Source: Eledone cirrhosa
Lineage: Eukaryota
Reading direction: 5' to 3'
DNA length: 64,000 nucleotides
Assembly: GCA_964016885.1 (NCBI GenBank)
Contig: OZ024742.1
Location: 202,926,001 to 202,990,000, forward strand
The notes under the pieces were generated by a model. It had not been told where the DNA came from, did not search any database, and saw only the letters and a list, made by a program, of their open reading frames with translations. This document shows, piece by piece, positions 1 through 11,636 of the stretch. Positions within the stretch are counted from its first letter, which is position 1, and each line of letters opens with the position of its first letter. The translations under genes and the position numbers were made by a program.

Positions 1-40
1 ATATTATATATTTATATAATATATATATTATATATATATA

Positions 41-84
<44 letters not shown>

Positions 85-485
85 TATATATTATATATAT
101 ATATATTATATATATATATATTATATATATATATATTATATATATATGTATATTATATATATATGTATATTATATATATATATAATATATACATATATAT
201 ATATATATAATAAATATATATATATATAATATATATATATTATATATAATATATATATATATTATATATAATATATATATATATTATATATATATATATA
301 TATAATATATATATATATAATATATATATATATATATAATATATATATAATATATATAATATATACATATATATAATATATATAATATATAATATATATA
401 ATATATAATATATATATATAAATATAATATATATATATATATAATAAATATATATATATATATAATAAATATATATATATATATA

Positions 486-540
<55 letters not shown>

Positions 541-545
541 CATGT
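1..545. repeat. Interrupted (TA)n microsatellite
   Basis: Almost pure TA dinucleotides with TAA/TTA interruptions; the YI-rich ORFs here are artefacts. Confidence 0.97.
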
Positions 546-797
546 ATATATGTCACACATATACTCACACACAGACCAATCAATAATTGGCATTAATTAT
601 CAATACCAATTACTCTATATTTCTCATACCAACGCCACAAACATCTTTCAACAATATTTTTTTGTCCAGATTTATTGTTGGTTACCAGACCAAAATATAT
701 TTGATTTTTGTACAATGTGCAAAAAAAAATATCTGTATACTAGCTCCCCCCTCCCCCAACATAGTTACCTGTACTATCATCATTACCACCAACACTA

Positions 798-884
798 TCA
801 TATATATATATATATATATATACATATATATGTATATATATATATACATATACACACACACATATATAGATACACACATATACA

Positions 885-915
<31 letters not shown>

Positions 916-982
916 CACACACACATATATATATATGCACACACACACACACACACACATATATATACACACACACACACAC
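798..982. repeat. (TA)n/(CA)n compound microsatellite
   Basis: Direct reading. Confidence 0.95.
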
Positions 983-1072
983 GTATGTAAATGGTAACCA
1001 GAAATAAAGTAAACGACGACACAGTACATTGAAGAAGTATATTAGTTTAACACCTGAAATAGCAAGAAGAGA

Positions 1073-1113
<41 letters not shown>

Positions 1114-1213
1114 TTTATTTAAATAACAGATTAAAGTTTAAGCAAAGAATCGCTGCTTTGATCGTTAGTCTTCAAATTTATTATTATTAATATTATTACT
1201 ATATATATATATA

Positions 1214-2152
1214 TCTATATAAAGTTGTAGTTCCTGTCTGTTTGTTCATGAACTCCTCCTATGGTTTTGGAGATAGACCCCCATCATTTCATTTCATTTC
1301 ATTTCATTTCATTTTACGTCCACTTTTTCCCTGCTTGCAAGGGTGGGACGGGAACTGATTCTGGCTTGATTTCTGCAGCTGGATGCCCTTCCTAACACCA
1401 ACCTCATTTACAGTGAGTGCTGGGTGCTTTTTTGCCGTGGCGCCTACACGTCCACTTTGCAGTGGAATGATATGGACCCCAGGCCCTATCATCTCATTTC
1501 TACAGCTGAGTAAACTGGAGCAATGTGAAATGAAGTGTCTTGCTCAAGGAAACAACACATCACCCGGTCTGAGAATTGAACTCCCAACCTTTCGATTGCA
1601 AGGCCAATGCTCTAACCACTAAGCCATTTGCCTCCACATAACCATATATATTCTGAAACTACATTGCCCAGGGTACTTGGATAAGTATATTTCATTTTAA
1701 TTAAAGGTTTTCCCGGGGGCACAAACCTCCGCTGAATACCCCTGCTGAAAATGTTTTTGCTTCTATTTACATGAAATTTAAACCATACGTAAATGATGCC
1801 TATTCACAAAATTTCAGTAAATATCAATAATACTAAGACACCCTAATGGGGGTTAAACCCCCTATAGTGAACATTTTGGAAGCCCATAACTTGAGTATTG
1901 GAACCTCTATTATCACAGAATTTTTCTATTAATTAAACGTAAATCAACAAAAAGAGCACCTCTCTTTTATAGTAAAATTTTGCTAGACATTTTAATCACT
2001 AGAATTATGACAACAAAAATTATTATGCCTCTACTTTTTTAACATTTTCCCTTTATTTTTTCTCCATGAATTATATCACTGATTTAATATCAATCATCAT
2101 TTTCTTACAAAACAAATGTGTGAAATGTAACAAGGTGCGGGTAATTCGGATA

Positions 2153-2153
<1 letters not shown>
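1214..2153 (+). mobile_element. Non-autonomous Helitron-like element (interrupted by a SINE)
   Basis: Starts a|TCTATATAAAG..TTCCTGTCTGTTTGTT and ends GCGGGTAATTCGGATAG|t (degenerate CTAG), typical Helitron termini, inside a TA tract. Confidence 0.55.
1283..1637 (-). mobile_element. tRNA-headed SINE family A (CORE-like body, RTE-derived tail)
   Basis: Reverse strand: A box TGGCTTAGTGG, B box GAGTTCAATTC, CCTTGAGCAAGACACTT core, tail GGTTGGTGTTAGGAAGGGCATCCAG and (GAAAT)n end; near-identical to copies at 22935, 27975, 53461, 62966. Confidence 0.9.
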
Positions 2154-2192
<39 letters not shown>

Positions 2193-2374
2193 CGTCGATT
2201 TTTTCACACTAGCATCATGAGGTAGAGGTGTTGGCTTGTTGTGAGATAAAGCAGGTCAGATGACCATGTCTTACGCATACCAAACTGATTTTGGCTCGGT
2301 TTCTATGGTTGGATGCCCTTCGTAACGCCAACCACATAGTGTGTACTGGGTGTTTTTTGTTGTGACACCTACAT

Positions 2375-2997
2375 ATATATATGGATGTGTAATAGTAATA
2401 TACGTAAATGGTAAAGCATAAAGGAATTGAGAGAGAGAGACTGAGCATAAGAGGAATCAAATGCTGTGTGCAGGAGAGAAGGTTGCATTGGTATGCTGCA
2501 TAAAAAGGTGCACAGCACTAAAAGTCAATGGCCTTGGAGTCAGGAGACTCAAGAAGACCTGGGATAAGGTGATGAAAACTGACCTTGCCCAATTCCACCT
2601 CTCAAAGGCGAGGACACAGGACAGAGACCTCTGGGGTTACACAGTAGTACAGAAAACCCGACTTCTCACCGGTACAAGCTGAAGCATATAGACAATATAC
2701 CGCAAACCCCTCCCACTGCAAAGAGGTGTGGACGTGTCACGACAAAAAAGCACCCAGCCCACACTGTAAAGTGATCGTGTAGGTGCCACAGTAAGAAAAA
2801 GCACCCAGCACTCACTGTAATTGAAGTTGGTGTTAGGAAGGGCATCCAGCTGTAAGAATCAAGCTTAAATCAGTTACCATATGAGCAAGACATGGTCACC
2901 TGACCTGGCATTACCCACAACAGGATCCATGTCTAACCCCGACTAACCCATGGTACCGTGGAAGAATGGACATAAAACAGTGATGATAATGATGATA
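2375..2997 (+). mobile_element. RTE-clade LINE 3' fragment with 3' UTR
   Basis: Decayed LSIRGIKCCVQERRLHWY...RRLKKTWDKVMKTDL..DRDLW, then the 3' UTR shared with SINE A and a (GAT)n tail. Confidence 0.8.
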
Positions 2998-3130
2998 TAT
3001 ATATCTATGCAAAAGGCAAACAGAAATAATAAAACAAACAACACAGAAAAATGAAGATATATATTATTAGTTTTATGCTTGATATAGTATGAGAAGAGAC
3101 AACGTTTCTAACGCTAGTCCTTCATCATAT

Positions 3131-3250
<120 letters not shown>

Positions 3251-3696
3251 GAGTGTCCTTCCCCATTTGTGTCTTTCCATATGTTTGCTATTTATTTATG
3301 TGCCATAACCTGATGATGCAACAGAAAAGAAAATCAAACTTAAAAAAAGGAACTGATCTTGATATGATCAGCTAAATCCTTTCAAGGCAGTACCCAGCAT
3401 GTTCGCAGTTTAATGACCTAAACCAGTAAACTGGGTTTAAAATGCCCAAGACACTATGTTATGTCAACATCCCTATATATTTATTAGGAGTTCAAGGGTG
3501 AAGGAAAGATATATATATATATGTATAAATACATGATAAATATATATATATCTGTATACCTGTATGAATATGAATGTATATCTGAATATACATATATATA
3601 TATATATATATGTATGCATGCATGTGTGTTTGTGTATGTATGAATGTATGTATATATGTATGTATGAATATGTATGTATATATGTACCTATATATG

Positions 3697-3973
3697 TATC
3701 ATCATTTCATCATTTCATTTTACGTCCGCTTTTTCCTGCTTGCAAGGGTGGGACGGGAACTGATTCTGGCTTGATTTCTACAGCTGGATGCCCTTCCTAA
3801 CATCAACCTCATTTACAGTGAGTGCTGGGTGCTTTTTTGCTGTGGCACCTCCACGACCACTTTGTAGTGGAATGATAGGGACCCAAGTCCCTATCATCTC
3901 ATTTCTACAGCTGAGTAAACTGGAGCAATGTGAAATAAAGTGTCTTGCTCAAGGAAACAACACATCACCCGGT
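3697..3973 (-). mobile_element. SINE family A, 5'-truncated
   Basis: Matches 1283-1568; lacks the tRNA head. Confidence 0.88.
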
Positions 3974-4160
3974 GTGTATGAAATATGTATGTGTGTGTGT
4001 ATGTATATACGTATATGTGTGTAAGGGGGACAATTTCTCTTTTTTTTCCATCTTTTTGTGTTTTTCTGTAAAATACTCAAACATTCCAAAAACAAGTAAT
4101 TTAGTAGAACACATCACTTCAAGACAGCAATTCCATTCATGTAGCAGACATAACATACTT

Positions 4161-5203
4161 CTGTGTCTCTGTCTGTCTGTGTGTGTATGTGTGTGCCTGT
4201 GGGTGTGTATGTCTGTATGTGTGTCTGTCAGTGTATGTGTGTGTGTGTGTGTATGTCTGTGTGTGTGTGTGTGTGTGCCTGTGTGTGTGCCTGTGTGTGT
4301 GCCTGTCAGTGTGTATGTGTGTGTGTGCCTGTGGGTGTGTATGTCTGTCTGTGTGTCTGTCAGTGTATGTGTGTGTGTGTGTATGTGTGTGTGTATGTGT
4401 GCCATCAGTGTGTGTATGTGTGTATGTCAGTGTGTATGTGTGTGTGTATATGTGTGTGTGTATGTGTGTGCCTGTGTATGTGTGCCTGTCAGTGCGTGTA
4501 TTGGTGTGTCTGCCAGTGTGTGTGTGCCTGTCAGTGTGTGTATGTGTGTGTATGTGTGTGTCTGCCAGTGTGTGTGTGTCTGCCTGTCAGTGAGTGTATG
4601 TGTGTGCCTGTCAGTGTGTGTATGTGTGTGTATGTGTGTGTCTGCCAGTGTGTGTGTGTCTGCCTGTCAGTGAGTGTATGTGTGTGTGCCTGTCAGTGTG
4701 TGTATGTGTGTGCTTGTCAGTGTGTGTATGTGTGTGTGTATGTGTGTCTGTCAGTGTGTGCCTGTCAGTGTGTATGTATGTGTGTGCCTGTCAGTGTGTG
4801 TATTGGTGTGTCTGCCAGTGTGTGTGTGTGTGCCTGTCAGTGTGTGTATGTGTGTGTATGTGTGTGTATGTGTGTGTCTGCCAGTGTGTGTGTGTCTGCC
4901 TGTCAGTGAGTGTATGTGTGTGTGTGTGCCTGTCAGTGTGTGTATTGGTGTGTCTGCCAGTGTGTGTGTGTGTGCCTGTCAGTGTGTGTATGTGTGTGTA
5001 TGTGTGTGTATGTGTGTGTATGTGTGTGCTTGTCAGTGTGTGTATGTGTGTGTGTGTGTCTGTCAGTGTGTGCCTGTCAGTGTGTATGTATGTGTATGCC
5101 TGTCAGTGAATGTATGTGTGTGCCTGCCAGTGTATGTGTATGTATGTGTGTGCCTGTCAGTGTGTGTCAGTGAGTGTATGTGCCTGTCTGTGTGTGTATG
5201 TGA
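4161..5203. repeat. Complex (TG)n satellite with recurring GCCTGTCAGT / TCTGCCAGT interruptions
   Basis: Higher-order repeats within a TG array; the CV-rich ORFs are artefacts. Confidence 0.93.
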
Positions 5204-5487
5204 GTTAGTACCTAGGTACTTAGCAACCTAGGCTAGCTCTACATGTGCCCCATACTGCGAAATAATTTCCACTTACTCATGGGTCCCAAATAATGGGGGG
5301 AGGAGGTGGAATAAGCAGGAGGTTAGGGGTGGAGAATCATTATTTATCTAGGTTGTCTTCATTGATTTTTTTAAAACCAGAATTAGTCATTTAGTTTACA
5401 TATTGACTCTCTAACCCATCCTATTTATTTTATAACATGGGATTTCTTGTAATGTTTTTTTTTTTGTCATATATAATGTTTTCTTAA

Positions 5488-6004
5488 CTCTTTAGCATTT
5501 AAACCGGCCGTATCCGGCCAGAATTCTACCATCTCTTTTTGTTCAAACCAGCCATAACTGGCCGCTCATACCAACATTAAGGCATTGTTCTCAAAATAAA
5601 TAATATCAAAATCTCGTAGATTCCATATTATGTGAGGTAATTACGTGAGGTAAAGCTGTGAAAATACAATAGTATATATAGAGTAATAATAATAATGAAA
5701 ATATTGTGTACAATGTTCAGGTGCACTACAACTCATCAAAAGTGTATGTATAGTACATAGGGTAATGTACAAACGTCAGGAAAATGAACAGTGCATGAAT
5801 CAAGTGTGCATGTGTATGGAAGGGGCACATCAGGTGTAGTTTTGGTGGATTTCGGGAAGCATGAGGGTTTTAAAAGATGCAGTGTCCCAACAGCTAACAA
5901 CTGACGCAGGCAGTTTGTTCCATGCTTCAGCAACTCTAAGCGTGAAAAAATGTTTCCGAAAGTCATGGGAGCTGTGCTGTTTTCTGACTCTAATGTAAAT
6001 GCTA
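5488..6004. mobile_element. TTAA-flanked MITE interrupted by a CR1/L2 3' end
   Basis: TTAA|CTCTTTAGCATTTAAACC start matches the MITE family at 20581, 41497, 62083; MITE-like AATGTAAATGCTAA resumes near 5991. Confidence 0.6.
5684..5990 (-). mobile_element. CR1/L2-type LINE 3' end
   Basis: DFRKHFFTLRVAEAWNKLPASVV..ASFK is the CR1 ORF2 C-terminal motif; (TTA)n tail; related 3' UTR copy at about 25120-25320. Confidence 0.8.
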
Positions 6005-6289
6005 ATTGTTGCAGGAATGCTACCACTTAAATAAAATTTCAACAGAGATAGATTAGCAAAATTTAATAAGTGTGTGTGTGTGTGTGGGGGGGGGGGGTAT
6101 AATCATGTGACAGGTCATAACTCTATACAACCTTCTCCAACACTTTCGACTAATGCTATATAGGAATGTTGTTTACTGATTAATTTACTGATTGTAAGAA
6201 ATTATTACATTTTCAGTTTAATTATACAAATTAAATAATACTGTGATTCTTTAGAGTTCAGTAATGCATCTGTCTAAAGTCAAACATCT

Positions 6290-6590
6290 CAAGCCACTTG
6301 TAGGTGGCTTGAGATGTTTGAGCCAAAGAGTAGCCAAGATCTCCTTGGTGGGGTAAAGGATGGTGTCGTCAGAGGAGACTTTTCTGATGGCAGCCATGAC
6401 ATCACCCTTGATAAGTTTGTTGTTTATGTGGTTGCATAAATGCTTTGAACCGGCATCAGGAGTGGAGGACTGCGGGCGCACAAATATGTGGAATGTGGCC
6501 TTCTCAGACACACTGGATATTGGCATCTGCCCAAAGGTTGAGATATTGGCCTTGACCAGGGCTTCTGTCAACAAACTGCCTCAATCGGCA
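6290..6590 (-). mobile_element. CRE-like non-LTR retrotransposon fragment (pre-RT region)
   Basis: NKLIKGDVMAAIRKVSSDDTILYPTKEILATLWLKH resembles the KLEEGDVRGAVRLASS...L..KHP motif preceding RT in CRE-clade ORFs. Confidence 0.6.
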
Positions 6591-6849
6591 TAAGATTTGG
6601 GGATATGAAGAGCGAGTGAAACAATTGTTGTCCCTGAACAAGATATTTGATTTCACATTGCTCCAGTCCACTCAACTGGGGAAAATGAGTTGTACACATG
6701 AGTCAAAGGGCACACACAGTGTCATTCTGAATCACCCTTAAAACTATGTAAAAGGTATCTGTCTGTGGAATGGTCAGACACTTGCACATTAATTTGAAGA
6801 GCAGGCTGATCTGTTGATCAACGTGTCAGTTTGTTTATGAAATTAATGG

Positions 6850-7485
6850 GCAAATGGCTGAGCACTTCACAGCATGTGTACCATAACATCATTCTGAGAT
6901 TCAGCATGTCAAGTATAACAAATAACAAGCCTGACTCTTTGTATTACAGCTACAGTCCATCCTTACTATTATGTGACTAGCAGTTCCACAGACACATGTA
7001 ACTTTAACATATTTCTCACAGACATTTGCAATAACACAGTGTGTGACAAGACAGACCCTATGTATAAACAAACAGGCACAGACATGTCATTTTAACATAA
7101 TTCTCAAGGAAATTCAATATGACAGTGTTTGACAAGGTTGGCCTTGTCATTGAATTACAGATACAGTTCATCATGTATTAATGTGTAAGTGGTCAAGTAT
7201 TCCAGTCATGTGTATCTTTAATGTAATTCTCAGATATTCAATATGATAAAGTGTATGACAACACCAGCCTTTTTGAGGGTACCTTTAATGTAATTCTAAG
7301 GGAGATTCAATATGACAAACTTTGAGACAAGACTAGCTTTTTGAGTGTCCCTTTAACATAATTCTTAGCGAGATGCAATGTGACAAAATCAATGACAAGG
7401 CCAACCTTTTGAGAGTAACCTTATGTAATTCTCAGGGAGATTCAGTGTGACAGTGTATAACAAGACTGGCTCTTTGAATTATACA
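6850..7485. repeat. Degenerate tandem repeat (about 60-95 bp units, TTTAAYRTAATTCTCAGRGAGATTCARYRTGACA...ACAAGRCTRGC)
   Basis: About 7 diverged units; single related copy at about 37190-37290. Confidence 0.8.
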
Positions 7486-7500
7486 TCAATCCATCTTGTG

Positions 7501-7825
7501 TACTCTCAAGTCTGGAATAATCATCACCCAACCCCATCCTGCTTATTGATTTTCAAATTTTTTCAATCCCCAAATCTTATTCCACCCCTGCTTATTAAAT
7601 CTCCAGCGAAATTTTTCTTTATACATTAAAAAAAGTACATAATTAGAAATCCCATACATTATATAATAAATAGGATGGGTTGGAGTCTCAATATGTAAAC
7701 TAAACCACTAATTCTGTTGTTTTTTTTTAAATCAACCGAGTCAACCATGAAAAATTATCGAATTTCCCCCACCACCACCATTTATTCCACCCCAGCCCAC
7801 CCTATTATTTGGGACCCTTGAATAA
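7501..7825. mobile_element. Tc1/mariner-pogo-like MITE remnant
   Basis: Imperfect TIRs TACTCTCAAGTCTGGAATAAT / ATTATTTGGGACCCTTGAATA; related fragments at about 5275-5440 and 19885-20000. Confidence 0.45.
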
Positions 7826-8104
7826 GTGACTGAGCATTCATCATCATCATCAACAATGTTCTCATTCAACATGTCTTCTTTATCACACACACACATGTAC
7901 ACAACTGGATGCACACACATGTACACATACACACGCAAAGTCATAAACACCACAACTCACATATGCCACATATACATACACCCAAGCATAACCATATACA
8001 TACACATACACACTACAACTCTTACCACCAATAACTCCACCCATCACAACCCTATCGCCCCTACCCCCAACAAATTAGGTATCAAGCAAAAGTTGAAAGA
8101 GCAC

Positions 8105-8176
8105 ATTATATCTGAAGAAGTGTCGATTTAGAGTCTGGATCCAATCGCATAATAAAACCAGAGCTGATCATTATAA
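8105..8176 (+). ncRNA. Decayed type I hammerhead-like motif upstream of the Penelope-like RT
   Basis: ATTATAT-CTGAAGA-stem II (GTGTCGATT/AATCGCAT)-AAAA (GAAA mutated)-CCAGAGCTGA-TC-ATTATAA. Confidence 0.4.
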
Positions 8177-8232
8177 AAACAATTGTAATATTAAATGAAG
8201 TTTACAAAAAGCTGCAAGTATTATTGTCACTT

Positions 8233-8264
<32 letters not shown>

Positions 8265-8306
8265 TTTATATACATATATTTATATATATATTTATATATA
8301 TATATC

Positions 8307-10303
8307 GAGTCTAACCTGCCAGTCAGACTGATAGCCCCCTCCCAGTCAGACATGGGGGTTATTAGAAAAAGCATTTTAGATAGGATCCCGCCCACACTTA
8401 AGAGTAAAATAAGGTTACAACTCTGGTCCTGCACCAGCCAGGTGCTGGACTGGTTTACCTGACAAACATAGGACTAGCTTCATACAACTAGACATACAAT
8501 TACTACTCCTCTATCTCGCCCATAGTCCTGAACAAGGCACTCATATTCATGATGAATAGGACAGACATAACATGCGACGAGGTCCGAATCATACACGCCG
8601 CCAGAAAGACCCTGATCTGATTCGGTGGGGACATATGGACCCAGAGCGACTGGCCAAATAATTTTGACATTACAATGGGCTCCAGTGACTCCGTGCAGCT
8701 AACTTGGTTGGGATATACATACTCTACGAGATCAGGAGAGAAATACCCAACCTGGATGGCGGGCTGTACCGAGACGACGCACTCTTCACCATAGTGGACC
8801 ACAGCACCACAATGGTAAAAAATATGAAGAGGAGAATTAGGCACTTCTTTAGCAAGGTAGGACTTAAAGTAGAGATGGAACCCAATAGAAAAGTAGTGAA
8901 TTTCCTGGACACCACCCTCAACCTCAACACCAAGCTACACCACCCATATCATAAACCCAATGAGAAGCTGGTGTATATCAACGCTGGATCCAATCACCCT
9001 AGATCTATAGTTAAGACCATAGTTAAGAGTGTCTCTGACAGGATCTCTAACTTGTCGGCCAATAAAGAGATCTTCAATAGTAACGCTGATTACTATAACT
9101 CAGCGTTAGCCAAGGCGTCCCACAGTCATAGGATCAGCTACAACCCTAAGGGACATGATCGAGATGACCTAAGGGACCAATACCCTCAGGGGCATGAGTC
9201 GCCCACCTAATCCCTCGGTGACCAGTAGTAACACTCCCAGACCCCTATCTGTCACCACCCCCGGTAGAAGGTCCCGCATACCCCACAGGTCTAATACCTA
9301 CAGTGCTGGCACCCCTGCACTGGCCCCACCACCCGCTGAACCCTAATTGAGCAGGGAGGCCGCACCTCGCAGGTTTATAGCCCCACGGTGGGCCCATATA
9401 ACCCTCATGAAAGTGACCGCTCTGCACACCTGAGTGACACCAACTGAGCTCGACCTGAGCTGTGCACAACCACGTGATGGACCATGGCGGACACCCAACA
9501 ACCCCGCAAGAATAGGACCAGAAAGGTCACATGGTATAACCCTCTGTACTCGGTGGGTCTACGTACCAGCCTGGCTAGAACATTCTTTAGAGTATAAATG
9601 TTTCACTAGGGTCACAAGTACTATAAAATATTCAACAGGCACACAGTGAAACTTTCCTACTCAACCACATGCTCCGTAGCCCAGCACACAGCCGGCATAA
9701 ATAGGAATAGGCTCACTGCCTCTAATACCACCGTAAACCCCGGAGCCACACAACAGAACCAGCACGCGGGACGCACCGGAACCCGGACAGGCCCAACTAG
9801 CACACCGGAACCCAACGACCCTGTGCTGATTGCGGAGTCTACCTAGCCAACCCCGAGTGATGGTAACCACGCGGTACATGTGGTGGGGCTTAAGACCCAT
9901 ACTATGCCCCCTTAGTAATGAATGCATGACGAAAAACGTAGTCTACAGGTGCAAGTTCACAACCCCTAACTCGGAGCACCACTACATAGGATCCACAGCG
10001 ACGAGCTTCAAAGATCGGTGGTATAACTATCGCCATTTCTTTAACAAAATAGATAAGAGGAAATGTACGGCCCTTTCTGAATTGATCTGGAAGCTCAAAC
10101 TTGAAATGAACCCGCACTCTCTGGTCTGGTCCATGGTTAGAAAGGTTCCCCCAGACAGAGGCTGGTCTGGTATTTACAACCTCTGTCTTAGTGAGACACT
10201 CAATATTCTTCATGGCGGAACCAAGCTATTAAACAGAAGGGCCGACTTATTCGGTGACTGCAGACACCTAAGGACGGGAACTTTCCTCAAGCTATATGGA
10301 TAA
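8307..10303 (+). mobile_element. Decayed Penelope-like retroelement (RT + C-terminal GIY-YIG endonuclease), 5'-truncated
   Basis: RT motifs FDITMGS, GGLYRDDAL, VNFLDTTLNL, PYHKPN..YINAGSNHP; KIFNRHTVKLSYS; CPLSNEC..NVVY..YIGST..FKDRW GIY-YIG and terminal DCRH; stops and frameshifts; begins in a (TA)n tract. Confidence 0.9.
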
Positions 10304-10555
10304 ACCCCGGTTAAGGCCTCCCACAACACCCCCTCCCCCTGTAGGTCCCCTACACCCCGTACCAATGACCAATGGACAACAACAACCACCCATAGTTTGT
10401 GGTCCCTATGGTGGATGGTCCACCAGATCCTCTACTGGTTAGGGGTCATCAAAATCACGTTTTATTGAAACTGATTTTATATATTTATATATATATATTA
10501 TATGTATATATATATATATATAGTTAAACGAATAGAGGTGTAACACACAAGTTAT

Positions 10556-10798
10556 TATATATTGGTAAACGGAATAGAAAATGCTGACAAACTGTTCACA
10601 GTTGAAAAATGGTTTAATTAGGAATAAAAGAGTATTAGTGATTGTATGGGTTAGTATTCAGTTGTGGTTTTAAGTTTTTAAGTTTTTACCGGTTGCGCAT
10701 TTCTAAATGCTTTTCAAAAATAATTTTGAGATAGAGTGTCCGTGCTGTTTGCTCTGATCAGCATTTGTCAGCATTTTCTATTCCGTTTACCAATATAT
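10556..10798. mobile_element. Small TA-embedded insert with about 35-bp inverted ends and an internal hammerhead-like motif (minus strand)
   Basis: ATATTGGTAAACGGAATAGAAAATGCTGACAAA inverted at 10764-10798; minus 10684-10720 reads TTT-TTGAAAA-GCATT tagA AATGC-GCAA-CCGG-TA-AAA. Confidence 0.7.
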
Positions 10799-11027
10799 AT
10801 TTATATATATATATTATATGTATATATATATATTTATATATATATATTTTATATGTGTATATGTGTGTATGTGTATATGTGTGTATTTTATATATATGTG
10901 TATATGTGTATATGTGTATATGTGTATATGTGTGTATATGTGTGTATTTTATATATATATGTATATATATATATTTTATATATATATGTATTTTATATAT
11001 ATATATGTATGTATATATGTATTATAT

Positions 11028-11636
11028 GTCAGGTCACCACTTGGTGCTACTGGTAACATGTATCCCAGTACAACCTGTCTCATGGTCGGGTCGTTGGCGA
11101 CTAAACTGGCAACCCCACCAAGGTTTCTTGGTGAGGAGGGTGACTTTGGACATCCTGCAGGACTAAAAACAAAACCTGTCAAAGGGCAAAGGAGCTCTTA
11201 AGAGTCAATGGCCATCCAAAATCACTGGGAGAGATGACCCCTTAGCCTTTGTCAAGGCAGAATTCTAGGAGAAGGAAAACTCTGATATAACACCTGCAAC
11301 CCTGATGGTATCCAATGATGTTGACTTGTTCTTCTTTTTGGTAAATATCATCTTGGTTAAGAGAGTGGGACTGGCTTTGTGCAGTGCCTTTGCTCACTAT
11401 AAATGCTTCACGGCACAGGCATTGCTTTATATCTGGAGATCTCTCTGCACTTGTCGTCACATGGTGCCAAGGGCAAAGCGCTATGTGTCGATAATTGTCA
11501 CAGGTGTAGTGTTTGTGCCAGAGTTTTCAAGTCGCTGGCTGGACTAAAAAGTCACACTCGTTCAGCGCATCGGTAGGGGTTCTCCTACATGGATATAAAG
11601 TAGTGGCCGTACTCGAAAACGAGTTGGCAGCCACCA
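11028..11636 (+). mobile_element. Bipartite non-autonomous RTE derivative (RTE 5' UTR-like part + BovB-type zinc-finger 3' end)
   Basis: GGAGAAGGAAAACTCTGAT RTE 5' UTR-like motif; 3' part encodes [23 protein letters not shown]; tail GGCCGTACTCGAAAACGAG..CCACCAT; more copies at 52354 and 53947. Confidence 0.75.

Noticed and set aside
240-1029. YI/HT/CV-rich ORFs (also 3945-5231, 10736-11201, 51869-54069)
   Set aside because: Translations of TA/CA/TG microsatellites
1383-1622. Recurrent [30 protein letters not shown]
   Set aside because: Antisense translation of SINE A; recurs only because the SINE does
6850-7485. CRISPR-like or otherwise functional array
   Set aside because: Degenerate tandem units without unique spacers, eukaryotic context, no cas genes
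8610-8625. In-frame TGA in the PLE RT as possible selenocysteine
   Set aside because: Falls at a likely Trp position in a copy with other frameshifts; no SECIS recognised
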